A program made the translations under genes and the position numbers. The notes beneath the pieces are model-generated. The model saw nothing but the letters and a program-made list of their open reading frames with translations, did no database searches and was not told the DNA's origin. Of a stretch of DNA of 64,000 bases, positions 24,818 to 39,100 are shown one piece after another; positions within the stretch are counted from its first letter, which is position 1; each line of letters starts with the position of its first letter. The stretch spans positions 1 to 64,000 of the forward strand of contig NOWV01000105.1 of the NCBI GenBank assembly GCA_003344405.1, in the 5' to 3' direction. This stretch comes from Trichoplax sp. H2. Taxonomy: Eukaryota.

Positions 24818-27800
24818 ATGTCCAATCAATCGACCGCAGTTCTATTTAAGAAAATTGTTGAACAACTAAGCAAAGAAGCTAAAAATGAACGTCTCAAAGT
24901 CTCTGAAACAGCCAAAGAGTAAGTTGACGATAAATAGGCAATGGATTTTTTTTCTTCTTCGATACAGGATAAATGAAGGCATGGTCAATCTCTTGATCTT
25001 TGAAAAGTTATTCAACTGTAGTTAATTGTGTGGAGAAAACAATACCATACTCTCCTAGTAGATTGTCTTCGGTGATATAACCATGGATAAACATTGACAG
25101 TGCTTTTCTCCATCTTGGCTTTGTTTCTTCATTATATTGTATGCGCAACATATTATTTAGCCTAGTGCCAAAGTACCCCAACACTAATCCCCACCGACAA
25201 TGGCTTACCTTTGATCATCGCTAATACCCTATTGACTAGCGTGCTTTCGATACTGCTTCTCATGCAATATTAATGGTGGTACAAAGAAATCGAGACAGTG
25301 AGTAAAAAAAAAAAAAAGTACAAGCAACAACCCAATTGGATTGATGTAGTCAGTAGTAGGAGCCATCATTCTTAATTCACTCGTTTGTTCTCAGCAACAC
25401 TGTTGCTATTTCGATCAGACTACGCTTAAGAGAAGATAGCGTTCCATATTTCCAAATAGTTGATAGGAAAATAACAACATGATCAACTTGACTAATAAAC
25501 TCGAAGTGTCATGACAATGCTGGCGCTGGTGAGGGGGTTAAGATTCCATCGCCAGTACGAGTATAGGATGATGTAGTTCATTGCGTAAGTGTTGATGACT
25601 TTTGAGTATCATCATTTACCTTAATGAACTCTTAACGTCCTTAAAAAAAAACCCACTTGCAAGAGACACATGCTGTGCATCGAGATAGGCTACGATAATT
25701 CATGTCGAATCATTATTTTATAATATTGAGAGGATCATGATTCACTTGGTGAAGAAACTTGAAATAGTTTTACAACCTGACTGAAGTACTACGTACACGA
25801 GTGTCTTGCCATTGGTGAAGGACGCGTATCATATATCACTCATAACATGATTAATATCATTAATCGACTTAGCGATCTTAGTAGATATCATATAGACTTA
25901 GGACTGCGTCATATTTGTAAGATGATTAGTATCAAATTCATTTCATTTTTGAAGAAGAATGTTAATATTGTTCTAACATGATTAATTCGCATTAATAAAC
26001 TGGAAATGGCCTAAAGACTCGGTTGCAACTCAGCAACTCTTGCTAGGTCTATTACAACAGGCTAATAATTCGAAGTCATAATCAACTGGCATACATTGAC
26101 TTGTTTTTTCGTTCTACATTGAAATACTTTAGTTCTTAATTAAATGTCGAGACTCGAGTGATAGGAAAAGCGAATGAGCTGTTGATTTCGAGATTGTGCT
26201 GTCGATACTTTCTAAATTAATGACACTCTTTCAATCACGAGGTACTGGAATTTACTTCAATAAAAGGGGGGTGTCTTTCCAATTAGGAATTCGAAGAAAT
26301 GATGCTTTACTTTTACATTATATTTCATCACAGATTGAAATCAAAATCAATGTATAGCTATTGATAGAAATACTTTTACAGTAATTGTCCTTGATGGTAG
26401 TAGTTGCTGCTAAAACACACTGCTTCATTTTCACTAAGTGTAAATTCGAAATTTTAGTGGCGCTTGAAAAAAAAATCTTTGTGATGGTTGTAGTCAGTAC
26501 AACGTTTAAATTTTAATCAGAATGATCTAGTTTTACTGCATTCAATGCTAATACGTACTGTACTCAGTGTACTGTACAGTATGCTGCAAACTTTTAATGT
26601 ACAGGAGTTGTACCATATTTCAGCAATTACTGTCGTATAAAGTTGAAAGACTGATACACAGCATACGTACGCATATGTTTGAACTTTGGGAGTAGACAGT
26701 ATCCATGAAATACTCTTACATCTTTCAATGGATTTACAATGCTTCGGTGATTACTGCCTTATTTAACTCTATAATGATCGTAAATCTTCATCACAAATAT
26801 AGTACTGTAGAAACGTCATGGATTTGGTGTATTTGCGGAGTACTGATGATGAAATCAATTCTCTATCGAATAAAAGCTATGTTATGCTTGAACAACGAGT
26901 AGGATCTATAAGATTAATTCAGGCAAACTGAATAAGGCATAAATATGGGTACTCGAGTATACAGTATACGGTACTCATATTGATTATAAATATAATTAAT
27001 TAATTTGATTATTATCATACTTGGTAAGCGTTGTTTTCAACAATCATTTTCACCGTACTCTAAAAATGAAGCTGTTTGTGGTATAGTAACAGTGACGTAA
27101 GAGGAATTCTTTTCTTATTATCGTACAGATTCAGCGAGTAAACGAAATTTAACGCTAGGGGTATCTTCATCGTCTGTGATTGCATTAAACGTATAAAGAT
27201 CTTCTGATAATACTTTCTATTTTGAATCTTTCCTAAAACACTTTATCCTTGATTAAATAAATTAAATTTAGTGATGTACTATATATATATACAGTATATA
27301 TATATATATACGAGTATATCTACATGTAACTTGTTGATGGACAATAAGAAATTGTAGATACTATAATGTTGTTGAACAATGTGAAAGTGGCGTAGGTAAA
27401 TACAGTATCAACTATTAAACACTAAGAAAAAGTTTATAACTTATCTATAACTTATACAAGGAAGAATTAAAAAAAATTCATCATATGCAGTGCGCATTAG
27501 TGCATCATTTTCTCACAAAATCTTCTTTTTCGTCATTGTACTATCCTAACTAATAATTATATTATTAATTAATTATTAATAATTATGAAATATTCCTGCA
27601 TTTTTTCATATTCGTGGGACCTTAGCTACCTTCAACCCTTTCATTGAATTTTATTGTATACTAGATTGGGTAGTGATAAATAAATAACTTATGAACAAGG
27701 AATCTTTTATAAAGATCATAGTGTATAAAATCAAAGATATTCAAATGAAATGCTAAATAAACTTGTTACTCAATATGCGCTTACTGCATTTTTATTCTGT

Positions 27801-28083
27801 GCCTGCTATGTATTTTAGTGCAACATTTAGAATTAGTCATATATGCAGTATGGTACCTATCAGTCGATAGTTAATTCATTGTAACTAGAAACTGTACATA
27901 TTAGATATTATCTGTAGTCCTCATTTATTAACCATAATTTTATTGTATTTTATATTATTTATTTATGGCTGTTTCAGTTTGATACAATATTGCTCTCAAC
28001 ACGCAGCTGGCGATCCACTTGTATCTGGAGTACCATATGGTGAGAATCCGTTTGTGGAGAAAAGTCGTTGTACCCTGGTGTAA
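24818..28083 (+). CDS. Heterotrimeric G-protein gamma subunit, 68 aa; exons 24818-24918 and 27978-28083
   Basis: The phase-2 GT-AG join gives MSNQSTAVLFKKIVEQLSKEAKNERLKVSETAKDLIQYCSQHAAGDPLVSGVPYGENPFVEKSRCTLV*. This has the GGL-domain hallmarks VEQL..EA...R.KVS, DPL and NPF, plus a terminal CAAX (CTLV). The start is in a gccATG context. Confidence 0.93.
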
Positions 28084-30175
28084 TCTAAAGATACTGTGGA
28101 AACTCATATCAAGGATTTTGAAATATTTGAAGCCTATGATCGTATAGTTTTAAATGTTAGAGCTGATATTTAACATTTTCCTTATATCAAACTACTGCTA
28201 TTAAATATTTTAGTATTATGGCTTATTTTGTATGCTAATTATTAATTGTTTGCTTAACTTGAACGAGACTATCATCAAAATTGTTTTCAATAGTGTCCGA
28301 TATTACGTCTGTTTCACACACTCTTTTATGAACCTGCTTATATCACGGTATCTAGGTCATAGAAGTAATAAAAGAAATACAATAAAGAACGTGTATACTA
28401 CGATTTATTGACATCGTAGTCCGCTCCGTAATGGCTTTGACTGAGTTAAAGTCGATTTAAGAAACTTGCTTTTTGCATGATTCCATAGACTGACCAGTGC
28501 CTTGATTCTGTAAACATTTCCATGTGTTCTACCGCTTTTTTTTTAACTTACCATTCAGTATGTATCTAGATGTGTTTGTAATGATACAATATAATTGAAG
28601 GTGTACCAACAGAAATAAGATGCTATGTTGCTTGAATAGAAAGTAAAAGCTGTTGAAGGCACGTGCAAGAACGATGCCTTCAGATTATACTTGTGTGTTC
28701 TTATAGTCTGCATCGTTGCAAGTGAAATACATAATTGTTCGTTATGTTAAACAATTTGATTCTTTATTAGAGTATTGAAAAATCACAAACTATTCGCTGT
28801 TTTCTTACCTGTGGTAGACTACATGTTATTAAAAAATAACCGATTAAAGCTTGACATGCTATTACTTAACGTCTATACTAATATCCTACTCCGCTCAATG
28901 TTATCAACGATAGTTGTTTCTAGATATGAGTGGGCTAATTCAAGCAATATCGAAGTCATGAAATGAGCTTCAGCATTTAACTTCATTCATATATGGAACA
29001 CAAAATCTTTGAATTACTGTACAATTTAAGAATTCGCTTAGTCTCTGACAAAATCAAGGTTTGGCCACTTGTTGATGATAAATGCAGATGTTTATATCTC
29101 GACAAGACCTTGTAAAAGCGGCTGTTGGAACCGTTAGTTAACAATACCTAAATTGAAGCGGTTTTGTTTACTTGATAAGTATGATGTCTTTAGCTTCGTT
29201 GATACAATATACGTAATAGCGATAAAGTGTGCCCAATATCATCAAATTTTTTCCAAAGAATTTGCGATTAAATTTACAATCATTGAAATTGAATAATTCA
29301 GAAGTGGTTATATTACAATTGAGACTGAATAGACCATGGATAGGTTATTCTAGTATCACATTTTAAAATTAAAACCATCAGCATCAACAGCGTAGTGGAT
29401 AGACTTTTGCTATAGGCACTAGCTGTTAGTGAATTGCGATTCACGACGAAATGTGGTGATTATTGCGGCGCTGTCTTATCCATCTCAAAGTCTTATCATT
29501 ATAAAAACTAATGTAAAAATCCGCTGGTTTTATTTCACGTATTGTGCCATCCAGGTTCGTAGTGTATAACAATTCCGACGCAATTCACAACTTAATATCA
29601 ATCAAGTCTACGCTAATTAATGAGCTATGAGATAAAGTATGAGAATACTGAAAATACAGTATTAAGTGAGAAGGGAGTCTACAGTACAGTGTAACTGGCA
29701 TGTAATGACAAGTTTTAATAAAATCGCACAAAAAGCGTTTAATCTATTTTACGAGTAGGTTTTATTTCATATACGAATATCGTTGACCTATACAGGTACT
29801 GAAATTGAGATGAAATTAAAAAAATATTTAGAAACAGAATCTTTGTTAGTACGTTCAATCATATAAGAATAATTCTTTATCAATTTAGGAAAGATAGTTA
29901 GAAAAAGTGTTGGGTTGATATACGCGTACTGCTAGCAATGTCGCTATGAAGAAAGGGATTTTACTTTTTACACAGCGCTATCTTACTATTCCTATTAAAT
30001 CAATCTTAGAATATAAAATTATCGAAATCGATCAAAACCGTTTTAATCTAAAGAATTATCTACGAGTATTAATATGAGATTCTTCAAAAAAATAATCATT
30101 TTTGATACCTATCGTATCTAAACAAATTTCATTTTGATTAGCAAGAAGGGTATTACATGATACTACTAAAATTTA

Positions 30176-33100
30176 CTATTGATAAACAGATTCATCATTA
30201 TCTTCATAAAGGGGATTGGTAATGGCTTCAGCTCCTTGGTTTACATCTTCAGAGTATAATGGATTAGTAATGGAAGTTGGTCTTTCCGTCTATAGGGCAA
30301 AAAATGGTCATAATTCGTAATATTAATTACTCGACTTGCTTATTTAATAAATTAATACATTGAGAAGTAATTTAGCCTACCGTATCCTCAATAGTATTCG
30401 GGGCTTCTGCATCGCCTAGTTGAAACTCCTCTAGAGGCACTTGTTGTTCGTAGGCTTCGTATATAGGATTTCCAACTCCACCTTTGCCCTTTAATCGTGC
30501 AGCATAGCTGAAATTGCTGTGAATGAAAGCAGTCATACTTTCTTAATAATACATATATATATATATAATTGTTTGAATGCATACAGAAACAAAACATAGT
30601 AGTCTTGTTGCGACTATTATATTGAATATGTTAAATCAATAACAACTAAAGCAATCAGAAAGCTACACTATTTACTTGCTATACTGTTGTTATTCAAAAA
30701 ATGTTCACAGTACTAACAATGATCGACGTCTGTAGAAGTAGTAAACAGCTCCAACACCGCCTACAATCAGTAATGTCAGGCAGACACCAAGTGCAACCCA
30801 ACCACCGGAATTAGCTGCTTGTGGTTGAGTAGCTAAGGCAAAAAAATTTAAATTTAATAATGTCCAAAGATATTAGCTTAGAAATGCTTATAAATTGCAA
30901 CATGCAATTTATTACTGCTACAATTGACCACAGAAAAATGACTTGCAAATTATTGAAATATATCGTAACTAATTCAAACTTCATTGTATGGCGAATTACT
31001 TTTAGCTATTGATAAACATATTCATAGTACAGCATCTTTTCTACAACGTCGCAGTCGAGCATAAATAAATAATAATATTGGCAAGGCCATGATATTAAAT
31101 AGTACAACGCAAATTATAGAGCTTATTCCTATCTTACTTGTGCAGTTGTATTCATCAGATCCATCAATACAGTCTGTGCTTCCGTCACATGTCAAAGTAC
31201 TATTAATGCAACCAGCCAATTGACACTTAAACTCGTTCTTGCGACAAGGTCTTTGGAGTTGGCCTAAATCAAGTTATCAAAAATTGTTTGTTTGATTTAC
31301 GGAAGGCTGACATGAAATTTTTCTGATCTTACTGTATTTCTTACTAAATACAATTAAGCTATCGATACTGTGTTAATGTAATACAGTTGTTATGCTAGTA
31401 TAAAGTCAGTTGATGATCAAGAATGCCTTGGAGATTGCAAATGCCAATGGACGCAATACGGCAATAAATCACACATGGTATATGGAAATAGTCATTCTAC
31501 AATAAATAAAATCTATGTACGATTTTCATCTTTATCTGACACATTAAAGTTATTTTTTATATAAAATATTTCAACCGATCATCTAGTTATATATTCACGT
31601 GTTTATATCCAAAGACACAATAACAGAAAATAGTGAATTGTTGCCTGGAAATTACTACAGAAAATCTGCTTACAATGATAGCCGTAACGCTATAACTTAC
31701 CACATTTTTGTTCGTCTGCAACATTGTCGCAATCATCTACTCCATCACATCGCCATGAGTTTGGTAAGCATACCAAGTTACCGTTAATTGGACATGTAAA
31801 GTTGGTATTTGATTGAGGACATTGACTACCTTGTAGAGGTAACGGGGTAATTGGAGTGCCTATAGTTATTATAGTACAGAAATTTAAATTATATGCATGA
31901 ATTATTTTTGAGTTACGATATGGACGCCATACAAAGTCAAACATAAGGAGTAAAATTATTAATGTATAGTACTAGCTAAACTAACTGCCCTACTTACATA
32001 CTTACAAGTAAAAGAGACTATTTCATATCGTATATTTTACAGTTACGGGATATGTTACGTGTATTTAGCTTAAAAATTGTTACTTTCCACAATTGCGAAC
32101 GAATTTAAAGTAGGTGCATGGTTTAGAGCTATTCTTACTGCAAAACCTTAACAAAATTTTCGATTTTTAGAAAGGCTTACCTCCTTGTATACAGCCAGGA
32201 GTAAAGCTAACATCATCAATAGCGCTATCACCAAAGTTTCCATCTACTATTCCTTCAAATACGATTCGGTAGGATGTTTGACTACCAATGGGTACGATCG
32301 CACGATGCCAACTTGGTCCTAAGGGTTACACAATTCTATTAGTATAGTAGCGAAAATACTTTTATATTGTTTAAAAAGAGCATTGCAATGCTTTGTTGTG
32401 TTAAAATTAACTTCATCTTAGCTATTCCATTACTATTAGAAAAATCATATGCAGTAATGATCAACTTATGACTCTACTTCTACGATCAACAAGAGATAAA
32501 CAATTTCAAGCAGACAACTCGATAAAAAGCATAAATTAGCCCTAGTTTTATCGTTTCAGTAAATTTTTGGGAATTTTAATTATGAAAAGTTAAGTAATGA
32601 TCAAAGTTTGCGACACTGACTATCCTAAATATAGGGGTATTATTGTTGCTATGAATCAAGATACCTTGGTTGCCTGTTAATGAGAACACTTGTCCGAGAT
32701 TGACATTATTTTGATTTATTAATATAACTCTAAGGGTGCCAACGGAACTGCCATACATATTATAGTAAAAACGCAACCAACATACTCCACTACTTGGTGG
32801 CAATACTGGCCCAGCTATTTGTGCGATATCTCCAGGTCTTCGTGGCAAAGATGTCTCCATATATAGGAAAGATCCTGTATCGATATCGATTAGATCATAA
32901 ATTAAATCCTTTTAGAAATCAAACTAATCACCAAGATTGTGTCATAAATATAAAAATTTGAAAATATAAATATTTTAATTTAAATAGTTGAAATAACCTG
33001 TGGATGTAGACTTAGTAGTGTGGTCATTGCCGGGACCGGTGCTACTACTGGGAGTACTTCTGCCTCTAGACCAATGGAAGTTGCCAGAATCTAAATCTGT

Positions 33101-36100
33101 CCAATCGCACTTACCAGTGTCGAAAGTACAACTTCCTTTTTGAGAATAATAATTGCCTGTAGGTAGGTTAAATAATATTAATTATTAAATATTTATTTTA
33201 ATTACAAAAAGCTTTTGAAGATATCAAAGAATTTACTAAATTTATTCAAATACATCCATTATCAAGCATTTACATTAGCACTTACAACTAGTAGTATGTT
33301 TACTACTATAGATTGTCAAACTTATTGATAATATTAAATTTGCTTCAGTGACTTGTTAGTTTTGATTGCTCAATACATAAAATTTTGCAGTTAGACTTAC
33401 CGCAGTTCATTTCATCTGTGCCATCACTGCAATCTTTTTGACGATCACAGCGATAGTAGCTTTTGATGCAGTTGCCGTTTCCACATCTAAATTCTTGTCT
33501 GTTGCAATATCTATTCACTATTTATATTATTAATAGTAGTTAATACCAAACGAGTGAGTCTTTATATTCAATAGAAAGACATTGTACACTTATATAAATG
33601 AGAGAAAAATTTATAAACGCACCTGTCAAACATTTACTGAATTGAACATCATCAATAGCCACATAAGAAGTTTTAGAATATTGCGTTGAACCGGCAAGTA
33701 TGATCTTAAATTTGGATAGAGAACCAATATTGACGATAGCCTTTTTCCATTGATTTTTGGTATCTTGACTAATATAAGTTAATTTTCTCGTTTCGACTTG
33801 GTCTTCAATGTAAACGCCAATGTAACGATGGCTAAGCGATTTCGACATGGCGTACCAGAATGAGATTTGACAATCATGCCCTGAGTTAGCGTATGTTACC
33901 GTTTCTAGCATAGCAACCATTCTATTATTATAATTACTTTTGGGTACAACATATAAATAGTGGCCAGGAGTGGTGACTTTGCTATGGTCAGTAGTTGGTG
34001 TATTCGGGTTATTAGTATTATTGGCTAGAGTGAGGGTCCAATTCATGCCTGAATTGTATGGAGTTCTTGACCAACCACACCAACCGTTTTCGAAGTTGCA
34101 TGACGATCCACAGTTTAATTCATCTGATCCATCATTGCAATCGTTATTAAAATTGCATACTTTTCCACGATCAATACATTGAGCTCCGCTAGCACAAGTG
34201 AATTGATTGGCGCCACAGCTGCCAGGTTGTGTTGGTGTTGGAGTTGGCATACCAGGAATGGTGCCACCGGGTTTACAACCAGGTGTGAATGAGACACCAT
34301 CAAGGCCAAGTTCAGAATCGTAACGTCTTCCTACGATTCCTTCAAAAACAACTTGGAAAGGTGAAGAGGTAGCAATCGGTAGGATAAGTTTTTTCCAGAA
34401 TGCAATAGTATTGTTGCTAGTAGTATAAATTCGCTGTAAGCCATTAGGTGAATTATAACTTGTTCGTATATAAACATTAAGTGTGCCGATAAATGTTCCC
34501 GGTGATATATAGAAGAAACGCACTGAGCAACTTGCACTTTGTGCTGCTGCTTGGAATACTTTAGTGATAAGTCGAGAACTATCACCTGCATTAGCTGGAT
34601 ATGTGTCCCTTAATTTCATATAATAACCAGAAGTAGAGCCTTGAGTAGCATCAGTTTTGATAGCACCGAAAGTTGAGCCTTGCTCTCTTCTCCATGTTGT
34701 ACCCAGGCTCATTTCGGTAAAGTAGCATAAGCCGTGTTCAAAATCACAACGGGCAACTGCATAATTGGTACATGACGTTGTTTCATCCAAATTATTACCA
34801 CAGTCATTGCCATAATCACAGACATATTGATTATTGACACACAAACCTCCAGTACAGTTAAATGTATTTGGCGGACAAACACTATAAATTGGTGGAGGTT
34901 TACAATTTTTAAAAGTGATATCATCAAGAGCGATATCGCCTTGATAGGATACACCACGTGTAGCAATAAAAACAACTTTGTAATTTCTCCTTAAGCCAAT
35001 GATTACTTCAGCATTCTTCCATTGACTACCTTGTCCAAGATCTTCAGTCCATAGTACATTATAACCCGTATTTCCAACTTGCACTGCTACACTAAGTGAA
35101 CCAGTGATAAATCCACTCATATGATACCAAAAGTTAATACTACATTGTTGTCCTGTTGATCCAATAGTTGGTGTCTGCAGGTATGCTCTGTCATTAAATT
35201 TTCCAGGTGATGAATCAGCGAAAGCATACCAGCCTGTATTTTTGCCTGTTGTGTGATCAATAGTGGGTCCAGTACTACCTCCAGTTGATGTTTTAGCTTG
35301 ATGACGTTCCCACTTGTATTTAACTCGGTTAGGATCAGTTGAGCTGCTTACCGGCAACCAACCGCACATTCCATTTTCAAAGTTGCAAGTAGTATTAACG
35401 CAATTTGTTTCATCAGAACCATCGTTACAGTCATTGTTAAAATTGCAAACCAAACTTTTATCGACACATTGGCCTGAACGACAACGGAATTGTAATGCAG
35501 TACATGCACTTGGTCCAGATGTTGTTGCGCCAGTGACTGGAGGTGTAGGTGCAGTAGGTAAAGCTTGACTATATGGTAAGCAATCTGGCGTTGTGGATAT
35601 ATCATCAATTGCTATATCGCCTGAGTGGCTATCGCCTACTGATCCTTGTAATATAATTTGGAAGTGACTAGATACCGGTAAAGAAACTTGTCCACGATGC
35701 CATAAATCGCCTTGGCTACCGCTCTTGGACCATAACTGTACTGTTGGACCATTAATTTGCGTTCTCATCAATACTGACAAGGTATTCACCGTTGATCCAT
35801 ACATATAGTAAAAGAATCGGATGGTACATTTAGTGGTTGTTGTGCGGAAATTACGACTTAATAATCTTGCTCGATCACCAAATTGTTGTGATGAGGCTTC
35901 AATGTAGAGGTAATGACCAGCAATAGTGCCAAGGGTATGATCACGATCTGGTCCAGTAGCAAAAGAAGGCGTTGGACCAGTTTGCATAGTCCAATCGAAA
36001 TTGTCTGATGTGTTATCTTGTCTCCAATTACATAAGCCATGCTCGAAATCGCATCTGCTATAAGATTGACATTTTGTGCCAATTTCATCGGTATTATCAC

Positions 36101-39100
36101 CACAATCATCAGTAAGATCGCATAGTTTATTGTTAGATACGCATGAACCTCGACTACATCGGAATTGACCTGGTAGACATGATGATACTATCGGCGGTAG
36201 GCTACAGTTATTAAAGCGAATATCATCGATAGCAATAGCACCGTTAAATGATGTAAAATAACGCGCGTTAAATATAATTCGGAATTTAGTTTGTCTTGAA
36301 ACGATCCCAATTGTTGCAGTATTCCATGATGTACCTTTGTCACCTCGTAATTGTATTAACCTAGTTGCTACCGGTAAACCTTGTTGTTGAAGGTAGACGT
36401 CTAATATGCCAGAAGTTGAGCTATGCATCCAATAGGCGAATGATAGCGCACAACCCTGGAAAGCAAAATTGAAAGTTTTAGTTGTGAAATTTGCGTTCGA
36501 GTTAGAATTGGGTAATCCAAATGATGATCCAAAACTTCCACCAATAAATGCATAATGTCCCTTAGCTGTTTTGAGTGTATTATCAGTTGATGGACCTTTC
36601 GATTCTAAACCTATAGAAGCTGCTACCGTTTTCCATTTAAATGTCACTTTATTAAAGTTAGTATTCGATCCGGTCATGCTGCAATTACCATTCTCGAAAG
36701 TACACAATGAGAAACAACCTTGAGACCATTCATCTGACCCATCTTGGCAGTCGTTAACAAAATCACAAACAAGGTTCTTAGGAATGCATGTTCCAGTTGA
36801 GTAACAACCAAATTGATTACTATTACAATTATTTGGAACACGAATTGTTGGAGTAGTTAAAGTGGGTGTTGTAGCTCTTGCTGTTCTCGTAACAGGGAAG
36901 GTACCAGTGTATTGCTTACAGTCAGGAGTTAAGGATACATCATCAACAGCAATATCGCCTTGATAGTTTGCTCCAATAATACCTTCTAATAGAATCTGCA
37001 CAGGTTGACTGCTAGATATTGGAACAACAGCTCTATACCATTTTCCTCCTTGATTGCCAGATTTAGTCCAAGCAGTGGTTTCTATACCCCCTATACTTGT
37101 ACGTGTTTTAACATTTAGCGTACCAATTCCAGATCCATACATGCTGTAGAAGAAGCGTAATTTACAATTGCCATTACTGCTAATTGAAATTGGTTTACTG
37201 GCTAATCTGGCTTTTTGACCTGGTGATTTACTAGTAGCATCGATGTACATATAGTAACCAGATGAAGTACCGTAAGTATGATCACGGAATGGACCGGTAT
37301 TGGATGAAGCAACTGCGCCAGCACCTCTTTGCCAATTAAAATTGTCGTCAACTAATTGAGTCCAACCGCAAGTACCAGCTTCAAAAGAACAACGTTGTTG
37401 ATAGTTTCCACAGTTCAATTCATCGCTGTTGTCAGTAACACCGCAATCAACAGAATAGTCGCACACAAAATCATTCGAGATACAACCGTTACTAATACTA
37501 CATTTGAATTGAGAACTACTAGGTGTAGTACACGTTGGAAGTGCGGAACAATTAATCATTTTCAAATCGTCGATTGCAACATCTCCATCAAATGAAGCAC
37601 CTCGTACACCTTCCATGATCAATCTAAATGGCGAAGTTCGTCGGCCTATCGATACCATCGTCTGCTGCCACGTATTACCCTGACTGCCACTTTTTCCCCA
37701 TAATTGTGCCATCTTGGTGCCATTAGTAGTTGCAACAAATACATTAAGATTGCCGATTGAGTCACCATACATGTGGCGCCAGAACGAAAATACGCAGGTG
37801 GCTGGGGCAAATTGGATTATAGAACTGTATAAGTCTGCAGTATTACCGATAATTCCATTACTAGTTTCGATATAGAGGTAATGACCCGATGATGTTTGCA
37901 ATGTGTGATCAGTAGCTGGGCCAGTCTGAAAGCTAGGAGTAGATCCTTTGTGACGAACCCAGTCAAAGTTATCCGAGCTACCATTATACCAGCCGCAATT
38001 AACGTCAGAAAATATTAATCGCTTTTCAAATGTACATGTGCCACAATTGGCTTCATCGGAACCGTCCGTGCAATCAGTTTTAAAGTCACAAACTTGGTTT
38101 TGCTTAATGCATTGTCCATTTGTAGTACATGTAAACCCATTGCATGCTGGAACTGTTGGCTTTGGCACTGTGGTAGGTAGATTTGGTATACTGCCACCAA
38201 ATTTGCATCCTGGTGTAAAGCTAATGTCATCAATAGCCATATCACTTGCGTATCCTGGGCCGGCTCTACCTTGAATGACAACCTGCATAGCAAATATTGA
38301 AATGATTAAAATACCTTGCAAAATCAGTTGGTATCATATAGTTATGCCAAATAGTTACATCTTCGTTAGGCAATGAATTTTCTTCTAATTAATATATATT
38401 TATGTTACACATAGATACTGTATATATGCATAGAATACATTCTACGGTAGATGGATAAGATAGGGCCATAGGTAATTACAGCTACTTGCTATCTTAGATA
38501 ATATTAATGAACAATACTTACTTGGAAGTTATTGTTGCTAGTAAGAGGGATAGAAACCTTGTACCAAGTATCTCCTAGATTACCAGATTTTGACCATAAA
38601 GGAGTCATTGTCCCACCATAGGTAGTCCAATAATAGACAGAAAGTGTGCCCATGTCTTGGCCATTCATGTTATACCAAAATCTTAATGTACAAGCGGAAG
38701 CTGCTGTTGCTGGTGCTAGAACGGCACTTGCAAGTTTTGCGGTTTCGTTAGTTTTCTGTGGGAATGAGCCTTCAACATATAGATATTTTCCTAATAATGT
38801 ATAAGACGATAATTTTTTAGCTTTTAGATCAGTAGCATCGCTAAGAAAAAGAAACTGTCAGAATAACTTTGTTTAAAACCCGACTAATTTCTTAACAATA
38901 ATAGATAACAGTATCTTACCTAAAATATTACCAGTAGTATGATCAGTGCTAGGTCCAGTTGCAGATGATACGGTTTGTCCTTGGCCTACGGTCCAATCAA
39001 AGTCATCATTTCCTGTTACTTGAGACCAGGTACATAATCCATTTTCAAAGTTACACCGGGTGTATGTTGAGCACACAAGCAATGTTTCATCTGTTTTGTC

